A stretch of 64,000 nt of DNA from Mobula hypostoma (lineage: Eukaryota): assembly GCF_963921235.1 (NCBI RefSeq), contig NC_086108.1:5394001-5458000 (forward strand). The letters run 5' to 3'. This document shows, piece after piece, positions 1 to 12,600 of this stretch. Positions within the stretch are counted from its first letter, which is position 1. Each line of letters begins with the position of its first letter. The notes beneath the pieces are model-generated. The model saw only the letters and a list, made by a program, of their open reading frames with translations, was not told where the DNA came from and did no database searches. The translations under genes were made by a program, and so were the position numbers.

Positions 1-2143
1 AGTCTGTGGCCGAGCTTCGGCAGCTGTCGGAGTATTGTGATTTCGGAGCGGTGTTGGAAGACATGCTCCGTGATCGATTGGTAAGCGGCATTAATAATGA
101 CGGCACAACGCCGCCTGTTAGGGGAAACCCCACCACTGACTTTCAAGAAAGCCTTAGAGATTGCCCAAGGCATGGAGATGGCTGGTAATAATGTCAAGGA
201 TATCCAGAAAGGACATGGGGGGTGGCAGTCAGTGTCAGGAGGGAGACTGGTAAACAGGCAAAGCGGGTGGAATGTTTCCGGTGTGGAGGGACGCACTGTG
301 CAAATGATTGCAAATTCAAAGACACCGTCTGCCGTGCTTGTAGCAAAAAGGGACATTTCGCTAAAAAGTGCAGAAGTTCAAAGGGTAAGATTAAGCCTGG
401 ACAGAGGAAAACTCAACAGGCTAGGGCAGCCACACACCATCTAGAAGAAGCAGATGAAGAGACCGCGTGTGCCTACAACGTGTTTGCAGTGGAAGGAGAT
501 GAGGAACCACCTGAACCATATTATGCCACAGACACTGTCAGGGGAAAGGACATTAAGTTTGAGATTCATTCATGAGACTCACCCAGGAGTGTCTCAAATG
601 AAAAGCCTTGCAAGATCCTACGTTTGGTGGCCAAGAATGGATCAGGATCTGGAGAACAAGGTAAAATCATGCACGCAATGTCAGACTAATCAGAAAATGC
701 CATCACCAGCTCCTTTGCATCCATTGGAGTGGCCAGACCACCCCTGGTCTAGGCTACATTTGGACTTTGCTGGCCCTTTTATGGGGCAGATGTTTCTTGT
801 AATGGTAGTTGCACATTCTAAATGGATCTAAGCTCACTTCATGAGCAACATCACAGCCCCCTCAACCACAGACAAACTCAGGCAAGTGTTTGCTGTCCAC
901 GGGTTGCCTGACACTCTGGTCACTGATAATGGCCCAATGTTCATCAGTGAGATGTTCAGTGAGTTCGTGCAGCAGAATGGCATTCATCACATTCGGACAG
1001 CCCCTTTCCACCCAGCCTCCAATGGTTTGGCTGAGCGGGCTGTTCAGACAGTGAAGGAAGGCCTGAAGCGGATGACAGGGGACTCTCTTAGCATTCGGCT
1101 TTCCCATTTCCTGTTTAAATACCGCCTCACGCCACAGACTATGACTGCCCGCACTCCAGCAGAGATGCTGATGGGGCGTAGGCCCAAGCCAAGATTGGAC
1201 CTGCTGCGCGCAGACATGAAGGCGAAAGTGAAGAGAAAGCAGGAAAAGCAGAAGGAGAGACATGATCAACATGTGCGAGAGAGACAATTAAAACCGGATG
1301 ACAATGTCTATGTGAGAAACAATCAGCAATGGCTGCCTGGGGTTACTCTTAAGCAGAGTGGTCCCGTCTCCTATGTTGTTAAGCTGACTGATGAACGTGT
1401 TTTCCACAGACATCAGGACCATGTGCGCCTGCGTCATGATACCGGCTTAGAGGCAGACAGTTCCATGGAGTTTCCATTTGCGAGACAGACTATGGTGAAA
1501 GCATGTCCACCAGTGACTTTGCCAGAGGGCGAGACGCTGGCAGAGGGGTTGGGGTCCCCTGAGGAGGATGGACATTCTCACGCAGACACACAGACCCCTC
1601 TCATTCCCCAACACCAGACCCACTCAAAACACCCTCACCAGCGGTGCCTGCTGGGTCACCGGGGGTAGTGCGCAGATCACAGCGCACTCGTAAACCTCCT
1701 GACAGACTGAGTCTTCGATGGGACAGTTCTTTTTGCTGTTGTTAGATTGAATGTTGAATCTGTCATGTTTTCCAGGTGTTTTGTATTGGTAAACTGTTGC
1801 TGAGATACTAGTATAAGTTTTCAGGGGTACACAAGTTAATAACACCACTGTTTTTATTTCCTAGGTTTTACATTTGGGGAATGTAGGATTTTAAAGCGGG
1901 AGAAGTGTTGTAATCTGAGCATTATTAAAAGTAAGTAAGTTAATACTAATTAGGATAATGGTGGGGGGGGGGTTCACTTCTGTTCTTTTTACTTCCAGTG
2001 TGCTCTGTGTATAGTGTTCCTGCCATGCCATACAGGTTGTAAAAGCCTCTGTATATAAATGACGGTTTTGACGTTCGAGATAAAGTGGCTTCTTTGGGCG
2101 TGAAGTTGTCTAGTGTGCCTTTTTCAAAGTAGAAGTTACCACA
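1..2143 (+). mobile_element. Gypsy/Ty3 LTR retrotransposon, internally deleted (gag end, integrase, PPT, 3' LTR)
   Basis: Gag segment LRDRLVSGI; two zinc knuckles (CFRCGGTHCANDC, CRACSKKGHFAKKC); integrase HHCC (HETHPG...CTQC) and DDE (LHLDFAGP, VTDNG, NGLAER). Frameshifts, a stop at 829-831, and no RT/RNase H. Confidence 0.92.
1906..2143 (+). repeat. 3' LTR of the Gypsy element
   Basis: Polypurine tract AAAGCGGGAGAAG (1893-1905) directly followed by TGTTGTAA; ends TTACCACA (imperfect inverted termini); TATATAAA at 2052-2059. Confidence 0.8.
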
Positions 2144-2241
2144 ATTCCGAATCAAACTGAGTCCTCAGCTAAGAATCCCGAGAGTAGCCCGTAGTAGGCC
2201 GAAGCCTCGGTCTCAGTTCATCACATTAGTGGGGCAAATCG

Positions 2242-2640
2242 CCACAATGAGCCTCAGGTCCCACACCACCAGGTTCAGGAACAGTTATTACCCCACAACC
2301 ATCAGGCTCCTGAACCAGTGTGGATAACTTCACCCACCACAATGAGCCTCAGGTCCCACACCACCAGGTTCAGGAACAGTTATTACCCCACAAACATCAG
2401 ACTCCTGAACCAGTGTGGATAACTTCACTCACCACAACAACCTACAGACTCACTTTCAAGGACTCTACAACTCATGTTCTCAGTAATATTTGTTTGTTTA
2501 TTATTATTATTTGTATTTTTTTATTTGCACAGTTTGTCTTCTTGGACATATTGGCTGTTTGTCAGTCTTTGTGTGTAGTTTTTCATTGATCCTATTGCAT
2601 TTCTTGCTTCTACTATGAATGCCTGCAAGAAAATGAATCC
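2242..2640 (+). repeat. Rex1/Babar-like LINE 3' tail with 2 copies of the 95-bp unit (2242-2437)
   Basis: Units start at 2249 and 2344 and translate to LRSHTTRFRNSYYPTTIRLLN; AT-rich 3' UTR follows. Confidence 0.85.
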
Positions 2641-2644
2641 CAAC

Positions 2645-3180
2645 ACAGCATTTGATTGGCAACTGAAAGCTGAAATTGGGAAGCAATTAAAGTTCCCTTA
2701 CTCCATCGCATCGTCATCCCTGAGGCCTGACCTCAAAGCATGTGGTCATGGTAGAACTGACAGTTCCTTGGGAAGACCATACTGCAGAGGCATTTGAGCA
2801 CAAGAAGGCCAGATTCCAGGAGCTGGTAGAGCAGTGCCCCAGACCCGGGTGGAGGGTATGGTATGATTCTATAGAAATGGGGTGTAGAGGTTTTTGCTGG
2901 CTGCTCATTGTTCAGAACCTACTCTCTCCTTGGCATTACTGGGACTCCAAAGAAAAGACCCATCCGGACCATCACAGAGGCTGTTGAACAAGCCTCCAGG
3001 TAGCGATGGATCAAGAGGTTGGACCTGTGGACCATTGTTGCTGGGACATGAACCGGGGCCTGATCAACCCTGGACAGGTCGCCTGGGTGAGAGTGTCTGA
3101 TGTTGAGAGACCCGAAACCCTCGATGACCCTGGGTTACATCACTGATGATGTGTCCCAGCACATCCTGCAATGTATCTCA
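2645..3180 (+). mobile_element. R2/HERO-like non-LTR retrotransposon 3' fragment (restriction-like endonuclease domain), degenerate
   Basis: DWQL...LKFP..I..SSLRPD, VELTVPWE, KKARFQELVEQC...GW, IEMGCRGF: the PD-(D/E)xK C-terminal motifs of HERO-type elements. Confidence 0.75.
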
Positions 3181-3189
3181 GCATTCCGT

Positions 3190-3470
3190 GTTATACAGTT
3201 ATATGGAGAATGGAGTGAAAAACAAAATCCAGTGAGCGACAGTTTTGTGGATGAAAATGCCTTGTTAATGAGGGAGGTCGGAGGAGAATGGCCAGACTGA
3301 TTCAAGCTGACAGGAAGATGACAGTAACTCAAGTAACCACACGTTACAACAGTGGTGTACAGAACAGCATCTCTGAATGCACAACACATCGAACCTTGAA
3401 GCGGATGGTCTCCAGCAGCAGCAGATCACACCAGGATCTACTCCTGTACCTAACAAAGTGGCCACTGCGT
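3190..3470 (+). mobile_element. Tc1/mariner transposase remnant with terminal-repeat end
   Basis: MARLIQADRKMTVTQVTTRYNSGVQNSISECTTHRTLKRM (Tc1 HTH region); ends CCTAACAAAGTGGCCACTG. Confidence 0.75.
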
Positions 3471-3608
3471 GCACATGCACTGGTGCAATGAAAAATTTAC
3501 TTACCGCAGGCGCAGAGCGTCAGTTAAGCAGCATTCACAAGGAAACGTCAAGTATAAGTTCAAAGGTCAAAGTACATCTATGCTACCATAGACTATCCTG
3601 AGATTCAT

Positions 3609-3744
3609 GGCTCTCCGATCTTGGCAATTTGCTTGCAAACATTCCATCACCATTGTCAGTGCACTAGGAGGAAACGTTTGCCGGTCAATTGCCAAGATCG
3701 GAAAACAACCCAACCCAACCCCAGCTACACATTTCCCCAATTAT
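3609..3744. mobile_element. Short fold-back insertion, probably a Penelope-like element end
   Basis: 13-bp direct repeat TCCTGAGATTCAT at 3596-3608 and 3745-3757; inverted arms TCCGATCTTGGCAATT / AATTGCCAAGATCGGA; contains GAAACGTT. Confidence 0.6.
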
Positions 3745-4244
3745 TCCTGAGATTCATTTTTCCTGCGGGCATACTCAATAAATCCATAATATAATCAATG
3801 AAGGTCCGCACCAACTTGGGCATTGTTATTACAATTTTTACAAGAAAGAACAAAAAATAACGAAGACCATTGTAGTGCAAAGTGTTGCTGTACTGAGGCA
3901 GTGATTAGGCTTGTGCCGGATGGTTCAGGAACCAAATGGTTGAAAGGAATTAGCTGTTTCTGAACCTGGTGGTGCGACTTGAGGCTTCTGTAGCTCCTGC
4001 CCAAAAGGGAGCTGTGCGAGGACGGGATGGCCTCAATGGTGAAGATCTTTGATGATGGATGTTGCCTTCTTAAGAGATCTTGACCTAGATCAGGGTTTTG
4101 CAACCTTTCCTATGCCATGGAGCCATACCATTTACCGAGGGGTCCGTGGATCTCAGGTTGGACAAGCCCTCTTCTACAGAGTGGAAGTAGGCAGAGGCCA
4201 GGAATTGATCAGTCAGGGCCACAGGAGCTGGGAATAGGGAATAG

Positions 4245-4500
4245 GCAGCTTGGTAGTGTACCGGTTAGCACAACCGCTTTGCAGCATCAGCCTCCACCTA
4301 TGAGAGTTCAGTTCCCATCGCTGACTGTAAGGAGTTTGCATGTTCTAGTCACGGGTTTCCTCTGGGTGCTCTGGTTTTCTCCCACATTCCAAAGATGCCT
4401 GGGTTAGGGTTGGGTTAGGAAGTTATGGGAATGCTACGTTTGCATTAGAAGCGTGGCGACAGCTGTCCCCAGCACAATCCTTGGACTGCATTGGTCATTG
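4245..4500 (+). mobile_element. tRNA-derived V-SINE/HE1-like SINE, degenerate
   Basis: A/B-box-like head followed by V-domain-like GGGTTTCCTCTGGGTGCTCTGGTTTTCTCCCACATTCCAAAGA. Confidence 0.6.
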
Positions 4501-5285
4501 GCACAAAACCAGGTATTTAGATTAGATTAGTTTAGATTCAACTTTATTGTCATCGTGCCGAATACAGATGCAAAGCCAATGAAATGCAGTTAGCATCTGA
4601 CCAGAAATGCAAAGAATAGTGTTATTTACAAAATAACTGTGAATAAAAAGTAAGTGCTACAGCACACAAATATAAAAGTACTGAGACACTACAATGTGGG
4701 TGCAATACTGCTTAGCACTGTGATGTGAGGTTCAGCATTTCACTGTATGTTTTGATATTTATCGCTTATTTATTTATTATTATTAATTCTTCCTTTTTAT
4801 ATTTGCACAGTTTGTTATCTTTTGCACACTAGTCGAACACCCATGTTGGTGTGGTCTATCACTAATCCTGTTATGGTTATTATTCTATTATGGAGTTATT
4901 GAGGCTGCCTGGAAGAAAATGAGTCTCAGGGTTGTAGATAGTGATATGTACGTACTTTGAGAACATAGAGTACAGCACAGGAACAGGCCATTCAGCACAC
5001 AGTGTTATGGACATATGTGGTGACATATATATGCTTCGATAATACAATTATTTTGACTTTGACTTTGAAATGAGGGGTTCCCCTTTTTCATTAGCAGAAT
5101 GATCTGTGGAATTGAGATACGAGTATACCCTGTACTGTTTTTAGACCTGTGCACTGATCTCCCCCTTCACTCTAGGGACTGTAACCATTTATCAGTTTCA
5201 CCCTCGTTCTCCACTTTGCCCTAAAGAGAGAGAGAGGTTAGCTTTGTCATCAAAGTACAAAACGTTAAAGTAAATTTATTATCAA

Positions 5286-5950
5286 AGTGGCTACACAGGT
5301 CGATAAGGTGATTAAGAAGGCTTATGGAATGCTTGCTCTAGTTAGTCGAGGCATTGAGTTCAAAAGAGGTTATATTGCAACTTTATAAAACTGGTTAGGC
5401 CGCACTTGGAGTATTGCGTACATTTCTGGTTGCCCCATGATGGGAAGGACGTTGAGGCTTTGGAGAGAGTGCAGAAGAGGTTTACCAGGATGCTGCCTGG
5501 TTTACAGGGCATGTGCCATCACGAGAGGCTGGATAAACTTTGTTTGTTTCCCCTGGAGTGCCGGAGGCTGTGGGGAGATCTGATAGAGGTTATAAAAAGA
5601 CTATGAGAGGCAGAGATCGAGTGGACAGGGAGTGTCTGCTTTCCTAGGGTTGAAATGTCTAATACCAGAGGGCATGCATTGAAGGTGAGAGGGGTAGGTT
5701 CAAAAGGGATTTGAGGGGTAAGTATTTTACTCAGAGTGGTGGATGTGCTGCTTGGTCTGGTGGAAGAGGCAAATACATTAGAGGCTTTTAAGAGAAGTTT
5801 AGATAGGCACATGGATGTGAGGAAGATGGAGGGATATGGACGTGGTATAGGTGAGAGGGATTGGCGTTTGGGTGTTTTTGATTTGCTTTTCAGCTGGTTC
5901 AGCACAATATTGTGGGCCGAATGGCCTGCTCCTGTGCTGTACTCTATGTT
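5286..5950 (+). mobile_element. CR1-clade LINE 3' fragment
   Basis: LEYCVHFW...LERVQKRFTRMLPGL plus the CR1 3' UTR (GGGCCGAATGGCCTG). Confidence 0.85.
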
Positions 5951-6182
5951 CTCGAAGTACATACATGTTACCATCTACAACCCTGAGATTCATTTTCTTG
6001 CAGGCAGGCTCAATAACTCCATAATAGAAATGTAACCATAACAGAGTCAATAAAACACCGCACCAACTCGGGCATTCAACCAGTGTGCAAAAGACAGCAA
6101 ACAATCACCTTGAGATTCATTTTCTTGCAGGCATTTAATAAAGAAATACAATAGAATTTATGGAAAACTATACATGAACAAG

Positions 6183-6396
6183 TGCTGGCCTGTGGTGCAG
6201 TGGCATCCACGCCAGACTTCGAGGCGAGTGGTTCCAGGTTCGAATCCGGCCGGCTCCTTGCACCCTTTCCATCCGTGCTGGGTTGAGCGCAGAGACGGCA
6301 AATCAGCCTCATAGAAAAACAGACAGGACTGCTAAAGGAATGGCAAGGTTTCCGCCCCTGCGTCACAAGGCGCGGAGAGGAACAACCACAACAACA
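6183..6396 (+). mobile_element. tRNA-derived SINE with intact Pol III boxes
   Basis: A box TGGTGCAGTGG (6193-6203), B box GGTTCGAATCC (6237-6247), (CAA)n-like tail. Confidence 0.75.
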
Positions 6397-6714
6397 CGTA
6401 AAGAAAGACTGACAGAGAACCAATGTGCAAAAGAAGACAAATAGTGCAACTTAGAGTTTTTAAAAACGTGTTCTGTTTTGTTGTGGGAATACTATGTTGG
6501 CACTAGAATGTGTTGGCAACACTTGTGGGAGCCCCCAGCACATCCTTTGGTTGTTGAAGCAAATGATGCATTTCATTGGGCAATCTGCTGTACATGTGAC
6601 AAAGAATCGATAAATAAATAAATACTGAGAAACTGAGTTGTAGAGTCCTTGAAAGTAAGAAAATTGGTTGTGGAATCGGTTCAGAATTGTGGAGAGTGAA
6701 ATTATCCATGCCTT

Positions 6715-7220
6715 TGTTACGTGCGGGTGTTTCCTTGTCGGTGGAAAGCCGCTTCCGTCGTGCCGGTCATCGACGGGCCCGTTTGAAGGATGCGGCAGCT
6801 CTTTCCCATTGGTCACCTTGTGTGTTGCGGCTCCGGTGTCCGGTGTCCGGTTTCCGGCACCTCAGGGTATGAGAATAGCAGGTGGGGGAGGCTCGGTCTC
6901 TCGGCACCTCAGGGTATGAGAATAGCAGGTGGGGGAGGCTCGATCTCTCTGCTTTTGTCTCCAGGCCGCTCCTCACAGTGAGGTCGTGACCGGTGCTGAA
7001 GGGCCACTGGGAAGGTACGCTCAGACACAGAAGGCCCGTGCGCACTCTTAGCAAAGTATCTGATTGTTGAACATTTAGTTTTGTAGTCTGTGTAACTTTG
7101 GGGAGACTTGGATGTTTGGTCGAATCTTTTACTGTTGGTAAATAAATGATTAATATGCTTATTCGTAGTCAGTGTTTTCTGTCTCACTCACCAAACCCGT
7201 GATCCTGCTTCCATGGTACA
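6715..7220 (+). mobile_element. Candidate solo LTR (~506 bp, CpG-rich) with an internal 2x47-bp duplication
   Basis: Starts TGTTAC, ends GGTACA, AATAAA at 7141; interrupts a LINE-tail repeat unit; 47-bp repeat at 6855 and 6902. No clean TSD. Confidence 0.55.
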
Positions 7221-7500
7221 CTGGTTCAGGAGCCTGATGGTTGTGGGGTAATAACTGTTCCTGAACCTGGTGGTGTGGGACCTGAGGCTCATTGTGGTGA
7301 GTGAAGTTATCCACACTGGTTCAGGAGCCTGATGGTTGTGGGGTGATAACTGTTCCTGAACCTGGCGGTGTGGGACCTGAGGCTCATTGTGGTAGTAGTG
7401 AAAAGAGAACATGGTCTGGATGGTGGGAGTGGGGGTCCTTGATGATGGATGCTGCTTTTCTGTGGCAGTGCTCAACGTAGATGTACTCAATGGTGGGGAG
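7218..7500 (-). repeat. Rex1/Babar-like LINE tail with ~2 copies of the 95-bp unit (7218-7393)
   Basis: Reverse complement of the same unit; continues beyond the candidate LTR at ~6560-6710. Confidence 0.8.
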
Positions 7501-7784
7501 GGCTGTATCCACCACTTTCTGGAGATCTTTCGACAGAATATTTAAGTGCCCATACACAGACCTACATGCCTATATCTCCTTTTCCATCTTGGTTTGTACT
7601 CTTTGTGTTTTATGTCAACCACCGGATAGTCATAGCACAGAAACAGGCCCTTCAGCCCATCTAGAAAATGCTGAAATATTATTGTGCCTAGTGTTATTGA
7701 CCTGCACCTTAACCATAGCCATCCATGTACTTACCCAACTTTCTCTTAAAGGTTGAAATCAAACAGTGTAAATGTTCGATTATA

Positions 7785-7975
7785 CACGCACCCACCTAGC
7801 TTCACCTATCACCTTCCAGCTATCTTCCTTCCTCTCCTCCCATCTTTCTATTCTGGCATCTTCTCCCTTCCTTTCCAGTCCTGAAGAAGGGCCTCGGCCC
7901 GAGACGTTGACTGTTTACTCATTTCCGTCGGTGCTGCCTCACCTGCCGAGTTCCCTCGGCATTCTGTGCGTAATT
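7785..7975 (+). mobile_element. Penelope-like element terminal repeat with a degenerate hammerhead motif (7876-7913)
   Basis: cagtc CTGAAGA agggcctcggccc GAGA cgtt gactg (GAAA mutated to GAGA). Confidence 0.7.
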
Positions 7976-8564
7976 TGAATATGGCTCGTTGTTGATCTGA
8001 GTGCAGTGGGGGATATTCCCATCTCTTTATGTACATCTTGGACCTGGTAAGTAAGAATGAAATTGCTGATACAGTTGGAAAATAATAACTTGTGGCTTTA
8101 ATTACAATCCAGCTGACACAATAACCACTGGAAATGTTAGTGAGTTGCCACCCATTTCAAGCCCATGTGAGCTGTAATTACAGTGTTCTCTACCGCCACA
8201 GTCTCATTAAGCCATTAATCTATCGATAAATATTGTGTTCCTTTGTCAGTCAGAGCTCTGTATACACAGATACACGTCTCCACCACGGGTGTAGAGCAGT
8301 GCAGAGACACCGACGCATCCTCCACACCGCCAGACATAAACACCAGCACTGTCAATGTGCCTTCTCCCATCCTTTATCAGTATTATTTTGTCTTGTTTTC
8401 TCTTTTCCGTATTTGCACAGTTTCTTGTACTTTGTACACTAACTGTTTGTTCGTCTTTGATGTGTCTGGTTTTTCACTGACGCTATTTTCTTTCTTTGTA
8501 CTTACTGTGAATGCCCACAAGAAAATAAATCTCAGCATTCTATATGGTGATATATTTTAGTTAC

Positions 8565-8997
8565 TGCCTGTTATGCTGCTGGTGTTTTGGGCAGCAATGA
8601 AGGTCCCCTATCTCCATCTAAAATCTTTGTCTTGGTGGTGTTCAGGGCTCCCTTCATCATGTCAGTAGCTTCCTCTTGGTTTTCACTACTGTTGGCCATG
8701 CAAGTCCCTGGTGAAGACTCGGGAATACTGTCGCACTCAGATGTAGAAGGATTCTTCGTTACTGTTTCTGTAAGTTTGTTTGACCAGTCAGGGTTGTTAG
8801 TCCTGAGCTGAACCCCCGAACCTGGAGGACCAGTGGACCGCTCTGAGTCTGGCCTCTACCCTTTGACCTGTTTGGCATGGATGACCCTACCAAGAGCCAA
8901 AGGACAAAGCCCTGACTCCAGCCAACTTAGCTCTCCAAGTCTTTGAGGCACGCAAACCTCCAAACCCTACAACAAGGTTGTGGTCCTCTTCAAGGGG
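8565..8997 (-). mobile_element. RTE-derived non-autonomous repeat (second copy at ~55920-56210)
   Basis: Two copies share CTCTACCCTTTGACCTGTTTGGCATG...AAAGCCCTGACTCCAGCCAAC; family assignment by resemblance only. Confidence 0.5.
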
Positions 8998-9119
8998 TGA
9001 CATATGTAGTTTGATAGTAAATTTACTTGGAATTTTTAACCACTGCCATTCAGTACCTCTTCAAGTCATGCAACATCCTAAGTTGGAAATACCTCACTGT
9101 TCTTCCATTGTGGTTCATT

Positions 9120-9500
9120 CATTCACTACGTGCTGTGTCATATGACGTGGGCGATCATGGTCTTGACTGATTGTTCTTGGCAAATCTTTCTGCAGAAGTG
9201 GTTTTCCATTGCCTTCTTCTGGGCAGTGTCTTTACAAGACAGGTGACCCCAGCCATTATCAATACTCTTCAGAGATCGTCTGCCTGGCATCAGTGGTTGC
9301 ATAACCAGGACTTGTGATCTGCATCAGCTGCTCATTTGGCCATCCACCACCTGCTCCCATGGCTTCACGTGACCTTGATCGGTGGGGGTGGAGGAGAGGC
9401 TAAGCAGGTGCTACACCTTGACCAAGGATGACCTGCAGGCTAGCAGAGAGACAAAGCGCCTTGGACCTCCTTCGGCAGAGATGTATCTCCTCACCAGTAC
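9120..9500 (-). mobile_element. RTE-tail SINE-like repeat (second copy at ~39640-40106, + strand)
   Basis: Shared GGGTCACC...CTTGTAAAG...CTGCCCAGAAGAAGGCAATGG...; (GAT)n tail in the 40-kb copy. Confidence 0.55.
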
Positions 9501-9659
9501 CAGCATTCATAAGCACACATACAGATAGTATTCCCACTGTCCAGGCACACACAGATATGCTGTCCAGTCTTTGATTGGACAATGGCGTGGATGCAGTAGA
9601 AACATTCCTGTGCAGGTCCAAAGCAGAGCTTGAAAAACCCAGTCTCCATAAGAGAGGAG

Positions 9660-12600
9660 TACCATCGAACCGAGCTGTCATCATGGGAGTGGTCTGAGTC
9701 AGAGTGATAAGGCTGTGGCTCAACAGGCTTTGGCGAGAACAGACGGAGGCAAGCTAAGTAGGTAAGTTGCTCTCTTATTTAGCTCTTGAGAGAACAGGGG
9801 GTATGTCTGCAGAGCCAGTGTTCTGTTTTGGGTGTCAGATCTGACGTGGAATTTCCAGGAGACTTCTAGCCTCCGCATCTGCATCAGGTACATCGAGCTA
9901 TAGTTCCTTAGAGACTGTGTTAGGGAGCTGGAGCTGCAGCTCGATGACTTTTGGCTTGTTTGGGAATGTGAAGAGCTAATAAACAGGAGCTACAGGCAGG
10001 TAGTCACCACAGGGCTACAGGAGACAGATAAATCGGTGACTGCCTGAAGAGGGAAGGGAGAACGTCAGATAGAGGGGAGCAGCTCTGTGGCCGTCCCCCT
10101 CAACAATAAGTACTCCATTTCGAGTACTGTTGGGTGGGGTGACCTACCTGGGGGAAGCAACAGTGGCCGTGCCTCTGGCACTGTGTCTGGCCCTGTGGCT
10201 CAGAAGGGTAGGGAACTGAAGACGATGGCAGCAGTAATAGGGTACTTTATAGTCAGGGAGCAGGCAGGAGATTCTGTGGATGCAAAAAGGAAACGCAGAT
10301 GGTAGTTTGCCTCCCAGGTGGCAGGGTCTGTGATGTTCCTGGACGCGTCCACAATATCCTGAAAAGGGAGGGTGAGCAGCCAGAAGTCATGGTAAATATT
10401 GGTACCAACGACACAGGAAGGAAAAGGGAGGAGGTCCTGAAAAAGAATACAGGGGGTTAGAAAGGAAGCTGAGAAGCAGGACCTCAAAGGTAGTAATCTC
10501 GGATTGCTGCCTGTACCATGCGACAGTGAGGATAGGAATAGAATGAGGTGGCAGACAAATGTGTGGCTGAAGAATTGGAGCAGGGGGCAGGGATTCAGAT
10601 TTCTGGATCATTGGGACCCTTTCTGCGGCAGGTACAAAAGGGAATCTGAGGGGGACCAATATCCTTGCAGACAGGTTTGCTAAAGCTGTTGGGAGTGGTT
10701 TAAACAAATATGGCAGGGGGCTGGGAACCAGTAAGATAGAGCTGAGGATGAGCCAGCAGGTTTACAAGCAGATGATGGGTGTAATATGAATCTAAGGAAG
10801 GACAAGCCAATGATTGGGTATAAATGCAGACAAAGAGTTAAATTGTACCACAGAGACAAAATTCAAAAGGGCAAAGAATGCAGAACTGAAGGTTCTGTAT
10901 TTAAATGCACGTAGTGTTCGGAATAATGTGGACAGACTCCTGGCGCAATTAGAGATTGGTCGATTTGACATAGTAGGCATCACCAAGTTGTGGCTGAAAG
11001 AAGGTCATAGTTGGGAGCTTAATATCAAAGGATATACTTTGTCCCAAAAAAAGGCAGGGAAGCATAGGCAGTGGTGTGGCTCTGTTGGTAAGAGATGGAA
11101 TTACATTTTTAGAAAGAGGTGACATAGGGTCAGAAAACGTTGAATTTTTGTGGGTGGAGTTGAAACTGCAAGGGTAAAAGAACCATTATGAGAATCATAT
11201 GTAGGTTCCAAATAGTAGCCAAGATGTGGGGTCCAGATTGTAAAGGGAGCTGGAAAGGGCACGTAATAAGAATAATATGACAATAGGAATGGGGGACTTC
11301 AATATGCAAGGAGATTGGGGAAATCAGGTTGGTGTCAGATTACAAGAGAGGGAATTTGTTGAATGCCTACGAGATGGCTTTTTAGAGCAGCTTGTGGTTG
11401 GGCCTACTTGGGAAAAGTCTATCTTGGATTGGGTGTTATGTAATAACTCAGATCTTATTAGGGAGCTTAATGTAAAGGAACCCTAAGGAGACAATGATGA
11501 TAATATGATTGAATTCACACTGCAAGTTGAGAGGGTGCAGCATACATCTGATGTATCAGTATCGCAATGGAATAAAGGGCATTACAGAGGCATGAGAGAG
11601 GAGCTTGCCCAGGTGGATTGGAGGAGGATACTGGTGGGGACGGTGGCACAGCAGAAGTGGCTGAAGTTTCTGGGAACAGTTCACCAGGCGCAGGATAGGT
11701 GTGTCCCACAGAAGAAGTTGTTCTCAAATTTCAGAGGTAGGTGACCATGGCTGACAAGGGAAGTAAAGTACTGCATAAAAGCCAAGGAAAGGGCATATAA
11801 GGTAGCACAAGTGAGTGAGAAGTTGGATGATTGGGAAGCTTTTAAAATCCAACAAAAGGCAACTAAAAAAGCCAGAAGACGGGAAAAGATGAAATATGAG
11901 GGCAGACTAGCCAATAGTATAAAGCAGGATATTAAAAGTTTTTTCAGTTATATAAAGATTAAAAGGGAGGTGAGAGTTGACATTCGACCACTGGAAAATG
12001 ATGCTGGTCAGGTAGTAATGGGGGACAAAGAAATGGCAGGTGAACTTAATGGGTACTTAATGGAAGACATTAGCAGTGTGCCAGAGGTCCGTGAGTGTCA
12101 GGGAGCAGGAGTGAGCGTCATTGCTATGACAAAGGAAGAAGAGCTCAGCAAACTGAGAGGTCTTAAGGTGGATAAGTCACCTAGGCCAGATGGACTACAT
12201 CCCAGAATCCTGAGAGAGGTTGCTGAAGAGATAACAGATGCATTGGTCATGATCTTTCAAGAATCACTTGATTCTGGCATGGTCCCGGAAGACTGGAAGA
12301 TCACAAATGTCACTCCACTCTAAGACGGGAGGAAGGCAAAAGAAAGGAAATTATAGGCCAATTAGCCTGTAAGTGTTGGCATCTATTATTAAAGATGAGG
12401 TTTCAGGTACTTGGAGATTAATGATAAAATTAGTCAAAGCCAGCATGGTTTCTGCAAAGGGAAATCTTGCCTGACAAATCTATTAGAGTTCTTAAAGGAA
12501 GTAACAAGCAGGGTGGACAAAGGAGAGGCAGTGGATGTCATTTACTTGGATTTTCAGAAGGCATTTGATAAGGTGCCACACATGAGGCTGCTTAACAAGA

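Noticed and set aside
3095..3125. Possible hammerhead in the HERO 3' UTR (CTGATG...GAAAC)
   Set aside because: Reads CTGATGT rather than CTGANGA and has no convincing stems.
6187..6256. tRNA gene
   Set aside because: A and B boxes are present, but the sequence continues into a SINE body and simple-repeat tail; treated as a SINE head.
7990..8235. Unique-looking segment with a GTAAGT donor-like site and TAATTA motifs
   Set aside because: No ORF or acceptor support; conservation cannot be assessed from this sequence alone.
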